Assembly (NCBI RefSeq): GCF_001194135.2
Contig: NC_068981.1
Coordinates: 126,882,914 to 126,920,238 of the forward strand
Reading direction: 5' to 3'
Origin: Octopus bimaculoides
Taxonomy: Eukaryota
Length of the DNA: 37,325 nt
Shown here: piece after piece, positions 1 to 11,904 of the stretch
Position numbering within the stretch: position 1 is the first letter of the stretch
How the letters are laid out: every line of letters begins with the position of its first letter
Made by a program: the position numbers and the translations under genes
Notes under the pieces: generated by a model
Told to the model about the DNA's origin: nothing
Database searches by the model: none
The model's input: only the letters and a program-made list of their open reading frames with translations

Positions 1-180
1 ATTACAATAGAATTCAGCAGCACTTCGCTCTTTGGTTACTGAGACGCCGTCAATGAAGTTGCGTGGTTATTTGTGTAGCTCCAGAGTTGGAATGTTGGAG
101 AGAGGCTGCTACGACTTCTAGGCTCTTCGCCAGCCAGGGTGAAAGAGAATGAAAAGAAGCGCGAAAGCTTGGATGTCGAT

Positions 181-260
181 GACTACGCATGCGCATGAGA
201 CTCTTCCTGTATTCCTTCCGGAACTAGTCCCTGCGCATGCGTGGATAAACTTTCCGGAAA
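181..260. promoter_or_regulatory. Housekeeping-type promoter motif cluster (NRF1-like x2, ETS-like x2), probably serving a divergent gene left of the window
   Basis: CGCATGCGCA at 186-195, TGCGCATGCG at 232-241, TTCCGGAA at 216-223 and TTTCCGGAAA at 251-260, in a CpG-containing patch of an otherwise AT-rich window. The factor names come from vertebrate motif knowledge. Confidence 0.55.
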
Positions 261-1239
261 TGTCGTCTGCTATTACGGGGTCACTACATTATTAAAGTAG
301 ATTATCTCAAACCTACCTTTAAATTGTTGTGAGAAAAACGTTTACTAACAGAGAAGTGTGTTATGAAGAGAAACTATCTGTGACATACCTTTAAATTATT
401 GCAGATAAAGTATTAAAACTCGAAAACTTGCTCATGAAATGTACAATCCAAATTTTAATTTGATTGTGATCTTCTCGTTGGGGGTCACTTTCATTTCTAA
501 AAAAACAAGGATCTGTTTTGTTAGAAATAAAGAGAGAGTATTATGTCATTCTTCCAATTTTCCCGGCGAAGATGGGTCTCATGGAAAACGAAAAAGAAGG
601 GTTACATGCAACTTGTTTCTCATCGAAAACCAGAAACACTGGAAGCGGTATTTTAGAGATAATTTATTTTAATAACATAATATTTTGCTAGTAAATGTTT
701 TTCTCTTACACAAACACGCAAGACTCAATAGTACAAAGCTTTGGAATTAGGGGCGTGGAGTTCAAAAAATTTTTTTTAAATATTGGATAATCGTATTAAT
801 TCTATTTTGAAATCCAAGAATTAAAAAAAAAATCGAAAACAATGGTAAGTTTTGGAATTAAGAGAGTAGGGGAAATATTAACAATTTATTTATTTATTAT
901 TGATAATCGTATTAATTCCATTATGCAGAAGACAGAATCGAAAATATTTTGTGAAAATTCTTAAAAATAAAAATGTTATGAGGGGTTTTAGAACGTCAAA
1001 AATTAATTTCTCTTCCAAAGAGAGAGTGACTTTATCTTTCTTTTACCTTTTCATTAGAATGTATCGAGACACTATGTGGTCACAAAACTATTAAAACTTT
1101 ACTAACTTGATCGATCTGTGACGAAACCTGGATTTAATTTAATTTTATACAAACTTTGCTATCAATTATATAGATAATTACAAACATAGTTTGTAAACAT
1201 AACTTATTTACGTGTGCATTTCATAAATGTTTATCTTGC

Positions 1240-1490
1240 GCGATGACTACAATTACGCGCGCACCAAATAGAGATTACGAATCTTTAAAAGATTTTTTGT
1301 AAATTTTTCTCCTTCCTCAACCTCCACCCATCACCTCCGAATGTTTCACTTTCACCTTTTTAGAAAGCGGGGAGACTTTTCCAGCAACAATGTCGTTTAG
1401 CTGTTGTTTCTAGCATGCTAGGTTTTCTGATGGTGGTCTGATATTTTTTACGTCTACTATTTCAGTAGAATTCTACGCATGCGTAAAACA
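1240..1490 (+). promoter_or_regulatory. Probable promoter of the Sesquipedalian gene
   Basis: Palindrome TACGCATGCGTA (NRF1-like) at 1474-1485, GACTACAA plus TACGCGCGCA near 1245-1263, and CpG-containing sequence about 1 kb upstream of the ATG. Confidence 0.45.
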
Positions 1491-2461
1491 TCAGACGAAT
1501 GAGTGTTTAGTTTTTTTGAAAGCGGGGAAGAGATGGGTGGAGGGGGGATATCGAGTGTTTCTCTTAAGAAAAATTTTAATTAAAAAAGAATTCCCAGATT
1601 CGTAATCTCTGTATTCTTCTACGTGTTTTAAAAAAACGAAATTCGACAAAAAGTTTAAAATTAATAAATTGGAATGATTTTGGGGCAATATCGAATTTTC
1701 CTATATCGAAAACATAGAAATTCGAAAAAAAAAAAACTTTTGAAAAAAATGGGTGGTGTACACGTCCTTTATGTTTGCCCAACAGAAATACTTCATGATA
1801 TTTTATCTGATGCTCTAACGAGCATTAAAAGAACAATGATATGAATGAGTTATGTTATAATTCCAGAACACAGTAGTTGAAATATTGCTGGTCGTGTCAA
1901 GCACTACTTCCGTTACGTCATATCCGCTACTGACTCCTGTAAGTGACAGAAGCGAAGAAAGAAAATTGCTTGCTAACGGTGAAATTATTTGGGCACCGCC
2001 CCCTTCTTATCAGAAATTTGATAACGTATCAATGTCGAAGGGTAATTGGAAGAATCCAGGAAGATATTTTACTGGGGTGGTCGAAGGATGAATGTGTTGA
2101 TGCTGACAAGGACCCAATCCTTGTCACAACGCGTGCAATATCAACATTACCCTATTTTTTCTGGCAGTTCCTTCACAAATCACCCTTGTTTTAGAAACCC
2201 CAAACCCTTTCTGAATCATTGTTGTTATCACGACTGCAACCATCACCAACACTATCGCCAATCAAACTACTACAGTCACTACCACCACCGCCATCAGCAG
2301 CATCATGTTCCAGGTAGAAGCAGCATGCCATCAAAACTACAGCAGATTACGTTTCCCGGCAGTGATACACTCCTTTGCTTCGCCCGAAACAACACACAGT
2401 CTCTCAGAGGTGGCGTGGCGGCTAGCAGCCGGCCTGGATTCAATTGTTTCATTTCTCAACT

Positions 2462-2956
2462 ATGAACCAACGTGTTAGTAAAGTAAAAAATTTCAAAAAG
2501 AAGATGAAAATCAACGAGAAGAGTTTAATACACTTCGCTAACTCGAATAGGTCTTCAGATAAAGAGGGATACCTTCAAAAGAAAGGAGAACTAAACAAAT
2601 CATTTCAGCGACGATGGTTCATTCTTAAGGGCAATCTTTTGTTCTACTATGAAAAGAAACACGATAAGGAACCAATGGGGGTAGTAGTACTCGAAGGATG
2701 TACTATTGAACTTGCTGCAGCTCACCACATCAACAGCTGCGGTAGTTGTAATAATGGATCTTCCACAGGAAATGGTGGGGCTACATCTGGGGAATCTTTC
2801 ACATTCGAAATAGTCTTCCCACGATCGGGTGCCCGGACATACGTCCTGAGTTCCAGCACCCAAGAAGAGATGGAAAGTTGGATGAAAGCTCTTACTTGTG
2901 CTAGCTACGACTACCTAAAGATGATGGTTACCGAGTTACAAAGACAACTAGAAGAG
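2462..2956 (+). CDS. PHETA1: Sesquipedalian/IPIP27 (PHETA1/FAM109A-like) PH-domain endocytic adaptor, first coding exon
   Basis: Translation MKINEKSLIHF...KEGYLQKKGELNKSFQRRWFILKGNLLFYYE...EPMGVVVLEGCTIEL...ARTYVLSSSTQEEMESWMKALTCASYDYLKMMVTELQRQLEE matches my recollection of the Ses family (human MKLNERSL...RRWFVLRGNMLFYF...EPVGVIILEGCTVEL...[24 protein letters not shown]). The family-conserved ATG is at 2504; the first in-frame ATG is at 2462. Similarity ends at a phase-0 donor GAG|GTGAGC (2957). Confidence 0.93.
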
Positions 2957-3971
2957 GTGAGCAAAGTCTTTGATTTCTAATTCCCAGTCACCCCTGTGCT
3001 ATTCCTAAAGTCCGCCCACTATAGCTGATTATTTGTCTCATTTCGACTACTTTCTTTAAACATTTTTTAAATTCGTTCAAAACTGAAGTCAAAATTAAAA
3101 CCAGTGATATTGTGCCTGAAAATATTTCAGGCGATATAGACAGAGGAATATTTCCGTTCGTCATCCTACTAAACTCTCTCTCTCTCCCCCTCTCTCCATC
3201 TCTCCAGCAAACCTATCCCTTGAAAGCGAGTCAGAAGCCAGAGATTTCCGGGCAAAGAATGCCGATTTTCGACCGAAGGTGCTTATATCGGAGGTTCGAC
3301 TGGCTTTGTTAGGATGATTTGGCCGATGTTCAAGCATTAGCCAAATCTCCATCTGGTTTGTCATAAAATACTGAAAAGAGAAACGAAAACTACAAAGCCT
3401 GTATCAGTCAATTAATATCTAACTTTTTGTTGGTTTCCTTTCATCCTTAGATGTTTGCACAAAATACTCGCTATTTAAAAATGTCTATTGATAAGAGTTT
3501 TCCTCTTGTCTATGTGTGTGTGTGTGTTTTTTTGTTTGCCTTTTACTTTTATGTTTACCTTCAATTAATCAATGAGAATGAATATTCGAATTGTTGTTGT
3601 TACTATTACTAATATTAATCGATAATCAGTCCCTCTCCTGCAAAACTGGTCTCTTAGCCCTAACCAAATTCATTTATGGCGAAATCTGAGAGCGTTGGAA
3701 TTATTGTTTGGGTAGAGATGGACTATATGTAATCTGAACCTTTCCTCCCCACCCTTATTTATTAATTTTTTTTTACAGAATCCCACGTTTTAGGCTATGG
3801 AGATTCCGATTCTGAAAAAAAAATTTTTGAAAAATTTCAATCCCCCCCCCCCCACCAAGCAGGCTATTTACATGCTAGAAATAACAGCCAAATCTCACAA
3901 AACTAGTGTTAGGGTTACGGTCAGGGTTACGGTTTGAGTTAGGGTTAGGTTTACCCTGTGGATCTATATAA

Positions 3972-4656
3972 NNNNNNNNNNNNNNNNNNNNNNNNNNNNN
4001 NNNNNNNNNNNNNNNNNNNNNNNNNNNNNNNNNNNNNNNNNNNNNNNNNNNNNNNNNNNNNNNNNNNNNNNNNNNNNNNNNNNNNNNNNNNNNNNNNNNN
4101 NNNNNNNNNNNNNNNNNNNNNNNNNNNNNNNNNNNNNNNNNNNNNNNNNNNNNNNNNNNNNNNNNNNNNNNNNNNNNNNNNNNNNNNNNNNNNNNNNNNN
4201 NNNNNNNNNNNNNNNNNNNNNNNNNNNNNNNNNNNNNNNNNNNNNNNNNNNNNNNNNNNNNNNNNNNNNNNNNNNNNNNNNNNNNNNNNNNNNNNNNNNN
4301 NNNNNNNNNNNNNNNNNNNNNNNNNNNNNNNNNNNNNNNNNNNNNNNNNNNNNNNNNNNNNNNNNNNNNNNNNNNNNNNNNNNNNNNNNNNNNNNNNNNN
4401 NNNNNNNNNNNNNNNNNNNNNNNNNNNNNNNNNNNNNNNNNNNNNNNNNNNNNNNNNNNNNNNNNNNNNNNNNNNNNNNNNNNNNNNNNNNNNNNNNNNN
4501 NNNNNNNNNNNNNNNNNNNNNNNNNNNNNNNNNNNNNNNNNNNNNNNNNNNNNNNNNNNNNNNNNNNNNNNNNNNNNNNNNNNNNNNNNNNNNNNNNNNN
4601 NNNNNNNNNNNNNNNNNNNNNNNNNNNNNNNNNNNNNNNNNNNNNNNNNNNNNNNN
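3972..4656. other. Assembly gap flanked by (TA)n/(TG)n
   Basis: Run of N. Confidence 1.
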
Positions 4657-4713
<57 letters not shown>

Positions 4714-4944
4714 ATGTATGGGATCATTTTCGTTTTCTTCCAACGACAAGTTTTAATCTGAAAAAGATCCTATAAGAATCTATTAGTCACAAAACATTCG
4801 TTTTTGGGTGGAGGTAAAGAATACGCACACCATCCACCTTCAGCGTAACAAAAACCTTAACTCTAATCACTGAGTGTGCGTGTTCTTTACCTTCTCCCGT
4901 TTTTGTAAATATGAATGTATAAGCGCAAAACTACTAATTTTGAG

Positions 4945-5100
4945 TGACAGTATAGTGGGTTAAATCGACCCAGGAATTCAAAGGAAGGAAGGAAGGAAGG
5001 AAAGTTTACTTCTAGAGGTTTTGAACTCAGTATGTAAAGAGTCATTAACTAAATTCTGCAACGCATTTTTTGTCTGACGCTAGAATCCGCGTTAACCCAC
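4945..5100 (-). mobile_element. Degenerate tRNA-headed SINE (family A)
   Basis: Reverse complement resembles the copies at 14022 and 21281 (AATCGACCC, GAACTCAG...GTAAAGA). Confidence 0.45.
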
Positions 5101-5613
5101 GCTACTAAGAAAATAATTTAGTAATTATTTAAAATTATTTTTAATCCGGTTTGTATTGAAGCTGTTTCACTTTCCTCGGAAGCTTTGTCCTGCTAAAGCT
5201 TGACAAATAATTTTATTTCTGAAGACTAGTATACACTACGTATTGCCTAATATGAAATATCCATAAAATATATATACACATATATTTAAATATGGTAGGC
5301 CTAATGTTTTGAGTATTAGTATTACCATTGTTAAGTCGTCAGTTCAATTCCCAAACTAAACAGTGCGTTGTGCCCTTGAACTAGACACTTCATTTCACAT
5401 TGCTCCATTTTATTCAGCTGAAATAAGTTGACCTTGCAGCAGGCTGCGACTTGTCTACTGAAGAGGTCTTACATGGTCAGTCGCTTATGCTTCTTAAAAC
5501 CTAGTATAAAACTATGAGTAAAACCTAGTATAAAACTATGAGCTCAAAGTCAAACTTATATATACAAATATATATATATTTGTGTGTATTGTGAAGCTCA
5601 CATTCCTACAAGG

Positions 5614-5745
5614 CAGTGGTTCGCAATCGGGGTTCATATGGCCCCTGAGGGTCCAGATAAGTACCAGTCACACACTGGGGTTGGTGTAATCGACTAACTC
5701 CACCCCCAAGATTTCAGGTCTTGTGCATTTAGTAGAAAGGATTAC
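5614..5745 (+). mobile_element. hAT-MITE terminus (CAGTGGTT...) fused to a SINE family A 3' fragment
   Basis: CAGTGGTTCGCAA resembles the TIR at 10248. The following AAGTACCAGT...GGGGTT..GTAATCGACT matches family A SINE bodies. Confidence 0.45.
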
Positions 5746-5746
5746 T

Positions 5747-5871
5747 TTGAATTAATTATGCATTATCTTGTAGCTTTCAGATTTTGATGATGTGATTGTT
5801 TATTTTTAAAATGACATTGTATGGTAGGTGTGGGAGGCCTGATCTGGCCAGTCTGAATATTGAAGGGTTAA
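5747..5871 (+). mobile_element. TTAA-MITE family 1, 3' half
   Basis: Matches the internal sequence of the 6336 and 8885 copies and ends GAAGGGTTAA. Confidence 0.7.
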
Positions 5872-5879
5872 CGTTGTCA

Positions 5880-6960
5880 TTTCACAAATATCTTCCCCAC
5901 AACAGTCCCTGTCAGGATGGTCTTGGGCAATGAATTATGATGCATTTCTATGTCCAAAATATATTTTTGTGAACTTCATTCTTGACATTAGGTGTCTTTA
6001 GACTTTCAGCTTTTCTAGTACTGCAGCATCCATTACCCTGTCTTTCCAGCTCATCCAGCCCAATCTGCAAAAGATCCACACCTCAAAGGCTTCTAACTTA
6101 TTCTCCATAGCTTTGCATATCCTCCAAGTTTCTGCCCCATTGAGGATAATTGGCAGAATATAACACTTTACAAGCCTCAGTTGTAGATGCAGTATTATGT
6201 CTTTTGAGGTGAAGATCTTTTTCATTCTAATAAATGTTGTTATAGCCTTATTTAATCTTTTTCAAACCAATCTTCCTAATTTATCATTTGGCCTAAAGAA
6301 TTAGTTTTTTACTTGCTCAAGCTTCTGTCCATTCTTTAACCTTTTCGCATTCAGATTATTCTGTCAAACGTAATGCTTATTTATTCACATTCTTTTGAAT
6401 TAATCATGCATTATCTTGTAGCTTTGAGACTTTCAAAGCTACAAGATAATGCATGATTAATTTAAAACAGACATTGCAGGGTAGGTGTGAGAGGCTGCAT
6501 CTGGCTGGTTTGAACATAAAATAGGTAGAATATTTCAGCCAGATATGGCCGGTTTGAATGCTGAGGGGTTAAATTTGCTTCCTTTTGTTTTGTCTTACTA
6601 TATAAACCAATGTCCTTGACTTTTTTACATTCATATTTATACCTTTCTTGTCACTCTGCACTTTTACAACATCAGTTTCTTGTAATTTCTCACTGCTGTC
6701 TGCCAAAAATACTGTATCAGCATATCATATACTGTTTCTGTTGATACCATTCTTCAATCTCATTTGACTCTCTGAATATATATTCAGTGTAGATATTAAA
6801 CAGGTATGGTAATGGCACATGTTTTTGTCTTACATTTCTTTTGATCTCTGCTGGTTCTTACATGTCATGGTCTATTTTGCTGGCTGTCTTTTTCCAAAAA
6901 GGTGATGAACTCTTTTAATACATACTCCCTTTTGACATGTGTTTTACCAGCATTTCACTG
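5880..6960 (-). mobile_element. Decayed RTE-type LINE reverse transcriptase fragment, interrupted by a MITE
   Basis: Minus-strand translation gives VRQ..PYLFNIYTEYIFRE, YADTVFLADSSEKLQ (degenerate YADD), GINMNVKK, NGQKLEQVK, CYILPIILNGAETW..KLEAFEVW and TILTGTVVGK, in RTE RT order with frameshifts and stops. Confidence 0.85.
6336..6572 (+). mobile_element. TTAA-flanked piggyBac-type MITE family 1 with an internal hairpin
   Basis: TTAA-CCTTTTCGCATT...AATGCTGAGGGG-TTAA. It splits the LINE reading frame. Confidence 0.8.
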
Positions 6961-7195
6961 ATGTTTTTATACATTTCGTTGTTTTTGTGATTGTGTGTAT
7001 AGATATCTAGATACAGGCATACACACACACATACACAGAAACATAACATGGAATTTCCAGCACTCAGTGCCTGACATATATTGGAAGGAGGGCATGCTTT
7101 TTTTATTACTATTTTATTTTTTTACTTTTAATATTTTGTACCCATGATAACTGCCTCTGTGAGCTCACTCATATTAATCCACTGTGTGTGTATGT

Positions 7196-7231
<36 letters not shown>

Positions 7232-8454
7232 TAAATTGTTTAGATTGAGAATGGGTCATTAATTTTGTGAATCTTGTTAATGTTCAATTTGCAAGTAAGT
7301 TTTAATCCTAAACCTTGATATCTCTAAAATAAAATATTCCTTTCAACATCAGGATTAAAAACAAGAACACTCATTAAAATTGTCTTGGTAGCTGTTTATA
7401 GTTCCTGATTCTGCTTGATTACACTGAAGTCCAGCATAGCTATAGCAACACTAAACAATAGACATGCTATATCAAACATATATATAGAGTATATGTAATT
7501 TTTTTTTTTATATTATCTATTCAGAATTGTTAATTAGTGTTGTATCTATTCTAGTGATTCCTGTAATTACCATGGCAACCATCACTTTTTTGTTTACTTT
7601 GAGAAAGAAGAGGGGAGAGAGAGAGAGAGAGCTCAGAAGCATCTTCTAATGGAATTGTGCCAATTTTTATTCCATTCAGTATTAAAAAAATCACAACCAC
7701 TCTACATATCAAGTAAACATTGTATTCCAGTTCTTTCCCCTTTTCGATCATGAGCAATGCCTGACTAAAACTGGTGTTGTCACTTCTATTGCCAGGTTTC
7801 ACTATCACTGAGGATCTCTCTTTGTGAATGCCCATCCTCGGTATTGCAGAGACTACATCTCAAAGACTCGTTTTTCTCTTTGGAACCATAAAATTCTTTA
7901 ATCCCAACAACTACTGACCCTCTACAAATTTTGAGTGAGACCTACAATAAAGTACTCTTCTAAGGTCTGGGGTGATACTGTTACTAGACACACAGACATT
8001 CAAAGAAAGGCCACTTAACTGTTTGGTATGAACTGGCTCTTAAATACATTCCAAATTCTGCTCACGGATGTGCTGTTTCCTCTCTCTGCTTTTTTTCATT
8101 TCAACAGTGACTTAAGTTCCTCTGAGTTCACTAATCTTGTGCTGTTACTCACACACTCCCAACTCTCTCATTTTTCCACTTCTCATCATCCATACTGTTT
8201 TTAATCCTCCTAGCCTCCACACTGATCACTGTGTCCAGTCCTTCCTTGCCAAAACATTAACCTGCAAGAATTTCTTACTTGCCCATGCTTTTCTGGCAAT
8301 TGTCAAATTGCAACTGTTTATTCAGGATGTTAATGGCATCAGACTTGCCAGTCTCAGAGAGCTTGCAAAGGTCATGGACACAGCTCCTTCTAGACCAAAC
8401 TAATTTATTCCCTCAATACTACTCACCACCCCACATTTGCAGAGTTTTGTCTTG

Positions 8455-8655
8455 CAGCTTACTTGGTGACCTTGTGGTTCCACATAAAGAGCACCCAATA
8501 CACTCTGTAAAATTGGTTAGTATTAGGAAGAGCATCCAACCATAAAAGCCATGCCAAAGCAGATAGTATAGCTTGGCTCAATCCTCTGGTTCACCACCTG
8601 ACAAACCATCCAAGTCATATCAGCATGAAAAGCAAACATTAAATGATGATGATGA
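8455..8655 (+). mobile_element. SINE with RTE-like tail (family C)
   Basis: GCACCCAATACACTCTGTAAA..TTAGGAAGAGCATCCAACC..CCATGCCAAA...(GAT)n tail, shared with many copies in the window. Confidence 0.7.
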
Positions 8656-8884
8656 TTCCCACTCACTTTTCCTTTATCTTCATCACTGTTATTCTCTGAA
8701 ATCGTATCAAAGTCCCACTTCATGTTTGTTATTATTGCCACCTCATGTTCTATATTTGAGTCTCACTCTAAGTGAGAATTAGAATTGACAAGTTTTCGTT
8801 TTCTCACTGAGACCTTTCTTTTGTTAGATTTGAATATTGATGGATATAGCTAACTTATAGAAGGAGAGCTAACATACTGAATAT

Positions 8885-9112
8885 TTAACTCTTTAGCATT
8901 TGGATTATTATCAAATGTAATGCTTCTTTATTCACATTGTTTTGAATTAGTTCATACATCATCTTGTAATTTCAAGATTTCAGTGATGTGATAGTATATT
9001 TTTTGAATGACATTGTAGGGGAGGTGTGAGAGGTCAGATCTGGCCACTTTGGACTTAAAAGAGGTAGAATATTTTGAGTCAGATATGGCTGGTTTAAATG
9101 CTAAAGGGTTAA
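8885..9112 (+). mobile_element. TTAA-MITE family 1, full length
   Basis: TTAA-CTCTTTAGCATTT...AAATGCTAAAGGG-TTAA. Confidence 0.85.
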
Positions 9113-10247
9113 ACATGACTGAATATTTTTGTTTTACTACATAAGTTCTCTCTACTTTTTTCCCTCATCTACAAAAAATCAGTTTTAAAATTGCCTGTTT
9201 GTAAAGCATTTATCAGTTTTACTTTTTAAACTGATACTGAACAGTGATTTTAATAACCCTTTTCTTGAATAGTTTTCTAGCCTTGACTATGAAAGTTACT
9301 TCAGTATTTCCATATACCTGACAAATAGGCTTCAGACTTACATCTAACTGCATGCTTCAACCCCCTCCACACAACAATGTTCATTGTTACCCTTTTTCAG
9401 AATGGCTATGTTTTAATTATGGCAAGATATTAATGAAGGATTGTAAACCAATTAGTAACTCATCTACATCCTCCTTTTAAAGACAATTGTTTGTATTGGA
9501 TGAGTTGTCTTTGTGTTAGCTATGTTATTCTGATATGTATAATTTAAACATATGAACTCCAAACCCCTACTTGTAATGAATTTGGTTATGGTTTTGATTG
9601 CTGCTCCCTTACCTTTCTCTTTGTGGCGTGACTTAAAGAAGTTCTGAATTCTCTATGGATTCAAATTACAGTGTATTCCCTTGCACTCCACTCCAACAGT
9701 TTTGCTATTACATTCTAGATAACATTATTATTTCTCGTGATTGCATGTATATCATATCATATTATCGTTGTCAAATTGGTCGCTCCTGCTAAACTCATTA
9801 TCTTGTACATGACATAGAAACTATTAGTCTATAGTGAATGGAATATTCTAGTATATCTTCATGTTTTAGATAAAAATTGTAATGCTAATAACATTATAGA
9901 TAATTACAAAGGCTTTTATGATTTATGATTCTACAGCTGTCCTTGTTTGTCAGCTTCTTTGTAGAGCCTATATTTGTACTATATAACTTCTTGATTTCTT
10001 CCACTTGATCTATATCTGCACCAAAAAGCCATTATTTACAAACTTAAGTGACTATCTCAGCTCATGTTATCTATTATTATTTCATATCCAAACCAATACA
10101 GTATCGTTTTAGACATATTGACTAAAACCTCTGAAACTAAGTCACTTTATTTGCTGGATTCATTTGTCAAATTCATTTCACATATTTAAGATATTATAAG
10201 CAATATATTTTATGCTTTCACCGCATTATCAAATTGATACTCTAGGG

Positions 10248-11904
10248 CAGTGGTTCTCGACTTTTTTCACCTTATGATCAAAAAATCCCAAGACCTACTG
10301 ACCTCTAAACCAGTTATCTGAACTTCTTCCGGAATATAAACCCCCATAAAGTAGTAATTGAATCCACATGCCAGTCCCATGTACAGGTACAACCACAATC
10401 GTTAAATAAATACTACATCAGTGTTTTAATATCTTATTTATGGAACCTGCAAGCAAAATAAAAAAAAAAATCTAAAAATGGAAGAAAAGTATATTTACAT
10501 TTTTATTTATTTACAAGAAATGAAGAAGCAATTTAATGGCCACATTGCAGTTAGTGTTTTTCAGTTAGGTTAATAAAAGATTGGTTCAACTTGAGATGCA
10601 AATCTCCTCTTTTCACAATTTGAAGAGCATTACGTTTTTTTGTGAAAATGTGGAAAATCCAGCTTCAACTAACCAGGATGTTACAAAGCAGAGGATTGCT
10701 TCATGAAAAAGTGTTGGAAATGTCTTTACATGCTGCCAACCACAAAGACCTTCTCTATCCAGCTTTGTCATTAAGATTGCATTCTTCCTGAAGATCAGGA
10801 TGATTGGCTGCAAGTTTGGAATTAAGATCTTGATTGCTAATAACATCAGAATGATGAAGGTCAAAAAGCCACTTTAGTGGCTTCAAGTTGAGCATATCTT
10901 GGAAGCGTCTTCTCATGTCCATTTGCAAGCTCTTCAAATGGCTGACACAGCTGATGATTACAGCTTCTGATGGTTCTGTTTTAACAAGATGACTGAAAAA
11001 GGCAAATTCGCCCCTTTGAAGCTGAATTACCCATAAACCAAGCTTGTTTATGAATGACCATCTCTTCTCTGTACAGTCCACTATCATTGCACTGCATCCT
11101 TGAATCGATTTATTTAAGGTGTTGACCTACGAGAAAATGTCAGGAAGGTAGAAAATTCTTGCCTTTGTCTTATATCTTTGCTTCAAGAAGGAAGTTTGCC
11201 TTTTCCTTTTGCTTCTGCCAGCTTGCTTGAAGGTGCATGTTCTCAATGAAAAGCAGAAGTGTATCCCACATTTGTACAAGCCATGTGAGATAATCGCCTT
11301 TTGACAGCCATCGAACTTTGGTATGTAATAGAAGCATTTGGTGCTCCTCATTTTCACAGATTTGTGAAAATAGCCTTTTGTTGAGAGCATTGACTTTGAC
11401 AAAATTGACAGATAAAATCTCCAATTGGAGGACACTCTCCTTTTCACTATTGAGTGATTTAGCAGCAAGGTGTTGTCAATGGATGATGCATGGGGAGGGT
11501 TCAGTTTCGCTATAAATCTATTGTGTCTACCTGTCATTGCATTTGCACCATCTGTAGCAATTTCCAGCAGATTCAATAATGGGATTTCTTTTTCTTTAAA
11601 ATAAGATTTGACGGCTTCAAATATAGTCTCATTCTTTGTATCAGTTAAGGCTTTCATAAAGAGCATTTTGTAGATTTGTTACAGTTTGGAATTTTATTTG
11701 TTACATTTGAAATGTTTCAGGATAAACATTTGTCATGTTTTGGAAAAATCTTTTGGTAATACTGGTGAAGACTACAAATTGAATGCTAAAAACAGCTTGT
11801 TTCCAATCCAGGAAATATCCAAGGCCCTCTCAAAATTTTCTCAGGCACCCTCAACATTTTCCCAGACCCACTAGTGGTCTCAGGCCCAACGTTGAGAACC
11901 ATTG
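10248..11904 (-). mobile_element. hAT transposon (Buster/Charlie type), internally deleted, with decayed transposase
   Basis: TIRs CAGTGGTTCTCGA / TTGAGAACCATTG and an identical 8-bp TSD CTCTAGGG (10240-10247, 11905-11912). Minus-strand motifs IATDGANAMTG, LLLHTKVRWLSKG and TSWLVEAGFS are split over several frames. Confidence 0.93.

Noticed and set aside
2600-2863. Antisense ORF over the PH exon
   Set aside because: Shadow of the real coding strand; no independent features.
3908-3952. Degenerate TTAGGG-like repeats
   Set aside because: Only about 6 imperfect units within a repeat-like segment; not a telomere or a convincing interstitial array.
3951-4761. Long ORFs in the track spanning N gaps (also 18892-19137 and 30048-30434)
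   Set aside because: Artefacts of N runs and microsatellites.
5495-5542. 24-bp perfect tandem duplication TAAAACCTAGTATAAAACTATGAG
   Set aside because: Real but an ordinary local slippage duplication.
8100-8400. Purine-rich minus-strand stretch that might be a LINE remnant
   Set aside because: No diagnostic RT or endonuclease motif could be read; left uncalled.
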